Assembly (NCBI GenBank): GCA_947259925.1
Contig: CAMYOG010000026.1
Span: forward strand, 24,196-88,195
Direction: 5' to 3'
Source of the DNA: Thermoanaerobaculia bacterium
Lineage (GTDB): Bacteria; Acidobacteriota; Thermoanaerobaculia; Multivoradales; JAHEKO01
DNA length: 64,000 nt
Numbering within the stretch: the first letter of the stretch is position 1; each line of letters starts with the position of its first letter. Under the pieces are notes generated by a model. That model did no database searches. It worked only from the letters and a program-made list of their open reading frames with translations, and had not been told where the DNA came from. The position numbers and the translations under genes were made by a program. Positions 63,166-64,000 of the stretch are shown here, piece after piece.

Positions 63166-63537
63166 CTATGGCTTGCTCGAATGACCGCGCAGCACGATCC
63201 AGCCGTAGAGCGACAGGTTCACCAGTACGACCAGGGCGCCGAGGGTCACCTGGACTCCTCGAGTGAGGCCGCCAGGATAGAGCACCGGCAGCACGTAGTG
63301 CTCGATGAAGCCGCCGCTGTAGCCGGCCTCTCCCGCCAGCCGCCGGAGCCGGATCTCGAGCGGCGTGAGCGGGCAGATGCCAGCCAGAAACTCGATTCCG
63401 GCGCCCCAGATCGCTGCCGGCAGATGGATCCAGGCGAGCCGTGGCCAGCGCATCACCAGGAGAGCGCCGAACACGACGAAGAGCACGAAGCCCAGGTGGA
63501 GGGTGACGGTCACGTCGGCGAGGATTCGGAACAGCAT
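63166..63537 (-). CDS. DUF2784-family membrane protein
   Basis: LAD..LHLGFVLFVVFG, HLPA..WG, CPLTPLE, GFIEHY..LYP. Confidence 0.85.
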   Translation of the reverse strand: MLFRILADVTVTLHLGFVLFVVFGALLVMRWPRLAWIHLPAAIWGAGIEFLAGICPLTPLEIRLRRLAGEAGYSGGFIEHYVLPVLYPGGLTRGVQVTLGALVVLVNLSLYGWIVLRGHSSKP

Positions 63538-63554
63538 CGAGCGACCTTCCCCGG

Positions 63555-63977
63555 CTAGAAATCGAACAGATCGTCGAACGCCGACCTGGCGTCGCTCGGG
63601 GATCCGCCTTCACTGTCGGAGGCGAACTCCTGCACCGTCCTGGCCTGATAGAGGCCACACTCGTTGCGTTTCGACTTGCTGGCGATCCGCTCCTCGACCG
63701 GCTGCCGGCACTCGTTGGGGGCCGAGCTGTCGAAGTAGGCGCAGTTGGTGCAGGTGTGGAGGTCGGAGCCGCAGTCGGCGCAGACGGCATCTGAAGCCAC
63801 GTCGACGTCCACGACCCGTGCACCACAGCGCGCGCACTTGAATCGGGTCGCCGTCGGCTTCCCGAGCCCGCGACCGCGCGGTCCCTGGCGCTCGGGTCGG
63901 GGCCCGCGCGGACCGCGCGCGCGCCCGCTCTCCCGGTCATCGTCCTGGTAGCCTTTTTGCCGGTACTTGCGCGACAC
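63555..63977 (-). CDS. Hypothetical Cys-rich (double zinc-ribbon-like) protein
   Basis: Basic N-terminus; CARC, CADC, CTNC plus two further Cys; FDDLF tail. Confidence 0.75.
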   Translation of the reverse strand: MSRKYRQKGYQDDDRESGRARGPRGPRPERQGPRGRGLGKPTATRFKCARCGARVVDVDVASDAVCADCGSDLHTCTNCAYFDSSAPNECRQPVEERIASKSKRNECGLYQARTVQEFASDSEGGSPSDARSAFDDLFDF

Positions 63978-64000
63978 GTCCTGGGTATCCTACCCGTCGC

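Overview
High-GC, gene-dense bacterial chromosome segment. The gene repertoire (kinase-TolB_N-TPR protein, Acidobacteria-type VWA protein, Thr-type sulfatase, AddAB) suggests Acidobacteriota, possibly Thermoanaerobaculia-like; this is inference. I found no rRNA, tRNA, CRISPR array, transposase or prophage. The centrepiece is a ~15 kb phosphate/polyphosphate island (6.2-21.4 kb). It runs: candidate Pho box, pstS, phoU fused to a degenerate LMW-PTP/ArsC domain, pstC, pstA, two complementarily degenerate pstB, a helix-hairpin-helix protein with a 54-residue poly-Lys tail, two PPK2, a double-ATP-cone 2-phosphoglycerate kinase fused to an ApgM-type mutase, sixA, ppk1 with a CTG start, and a translationally coupled CHAD + ParA pair. 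Together these suggest a possibly undescribed system for making, tethering and positioning polyP granules, plus a 2,3-diphosphoglycerate branch. Other oddities are a receiver domain-LpxC fusion, a MoaD/ThiS-like domain fused through its GG to a BNR propeller, a selenocysteine SelD with a SECIS-like hairpin and a frameshift, an EAL-TM-NTF2 protein, two sigma-54-like promoters and several palindromic REP/MITE-like elements. The rest is housekeeping and accessory metabolism: asnA, sufT, 2-oxoacid dehydrogenase E1, GH20, a MacAB-like exporter, addAB, cstA, purE and peptidases. All calls come from motif recognition by eye; no searches were run.
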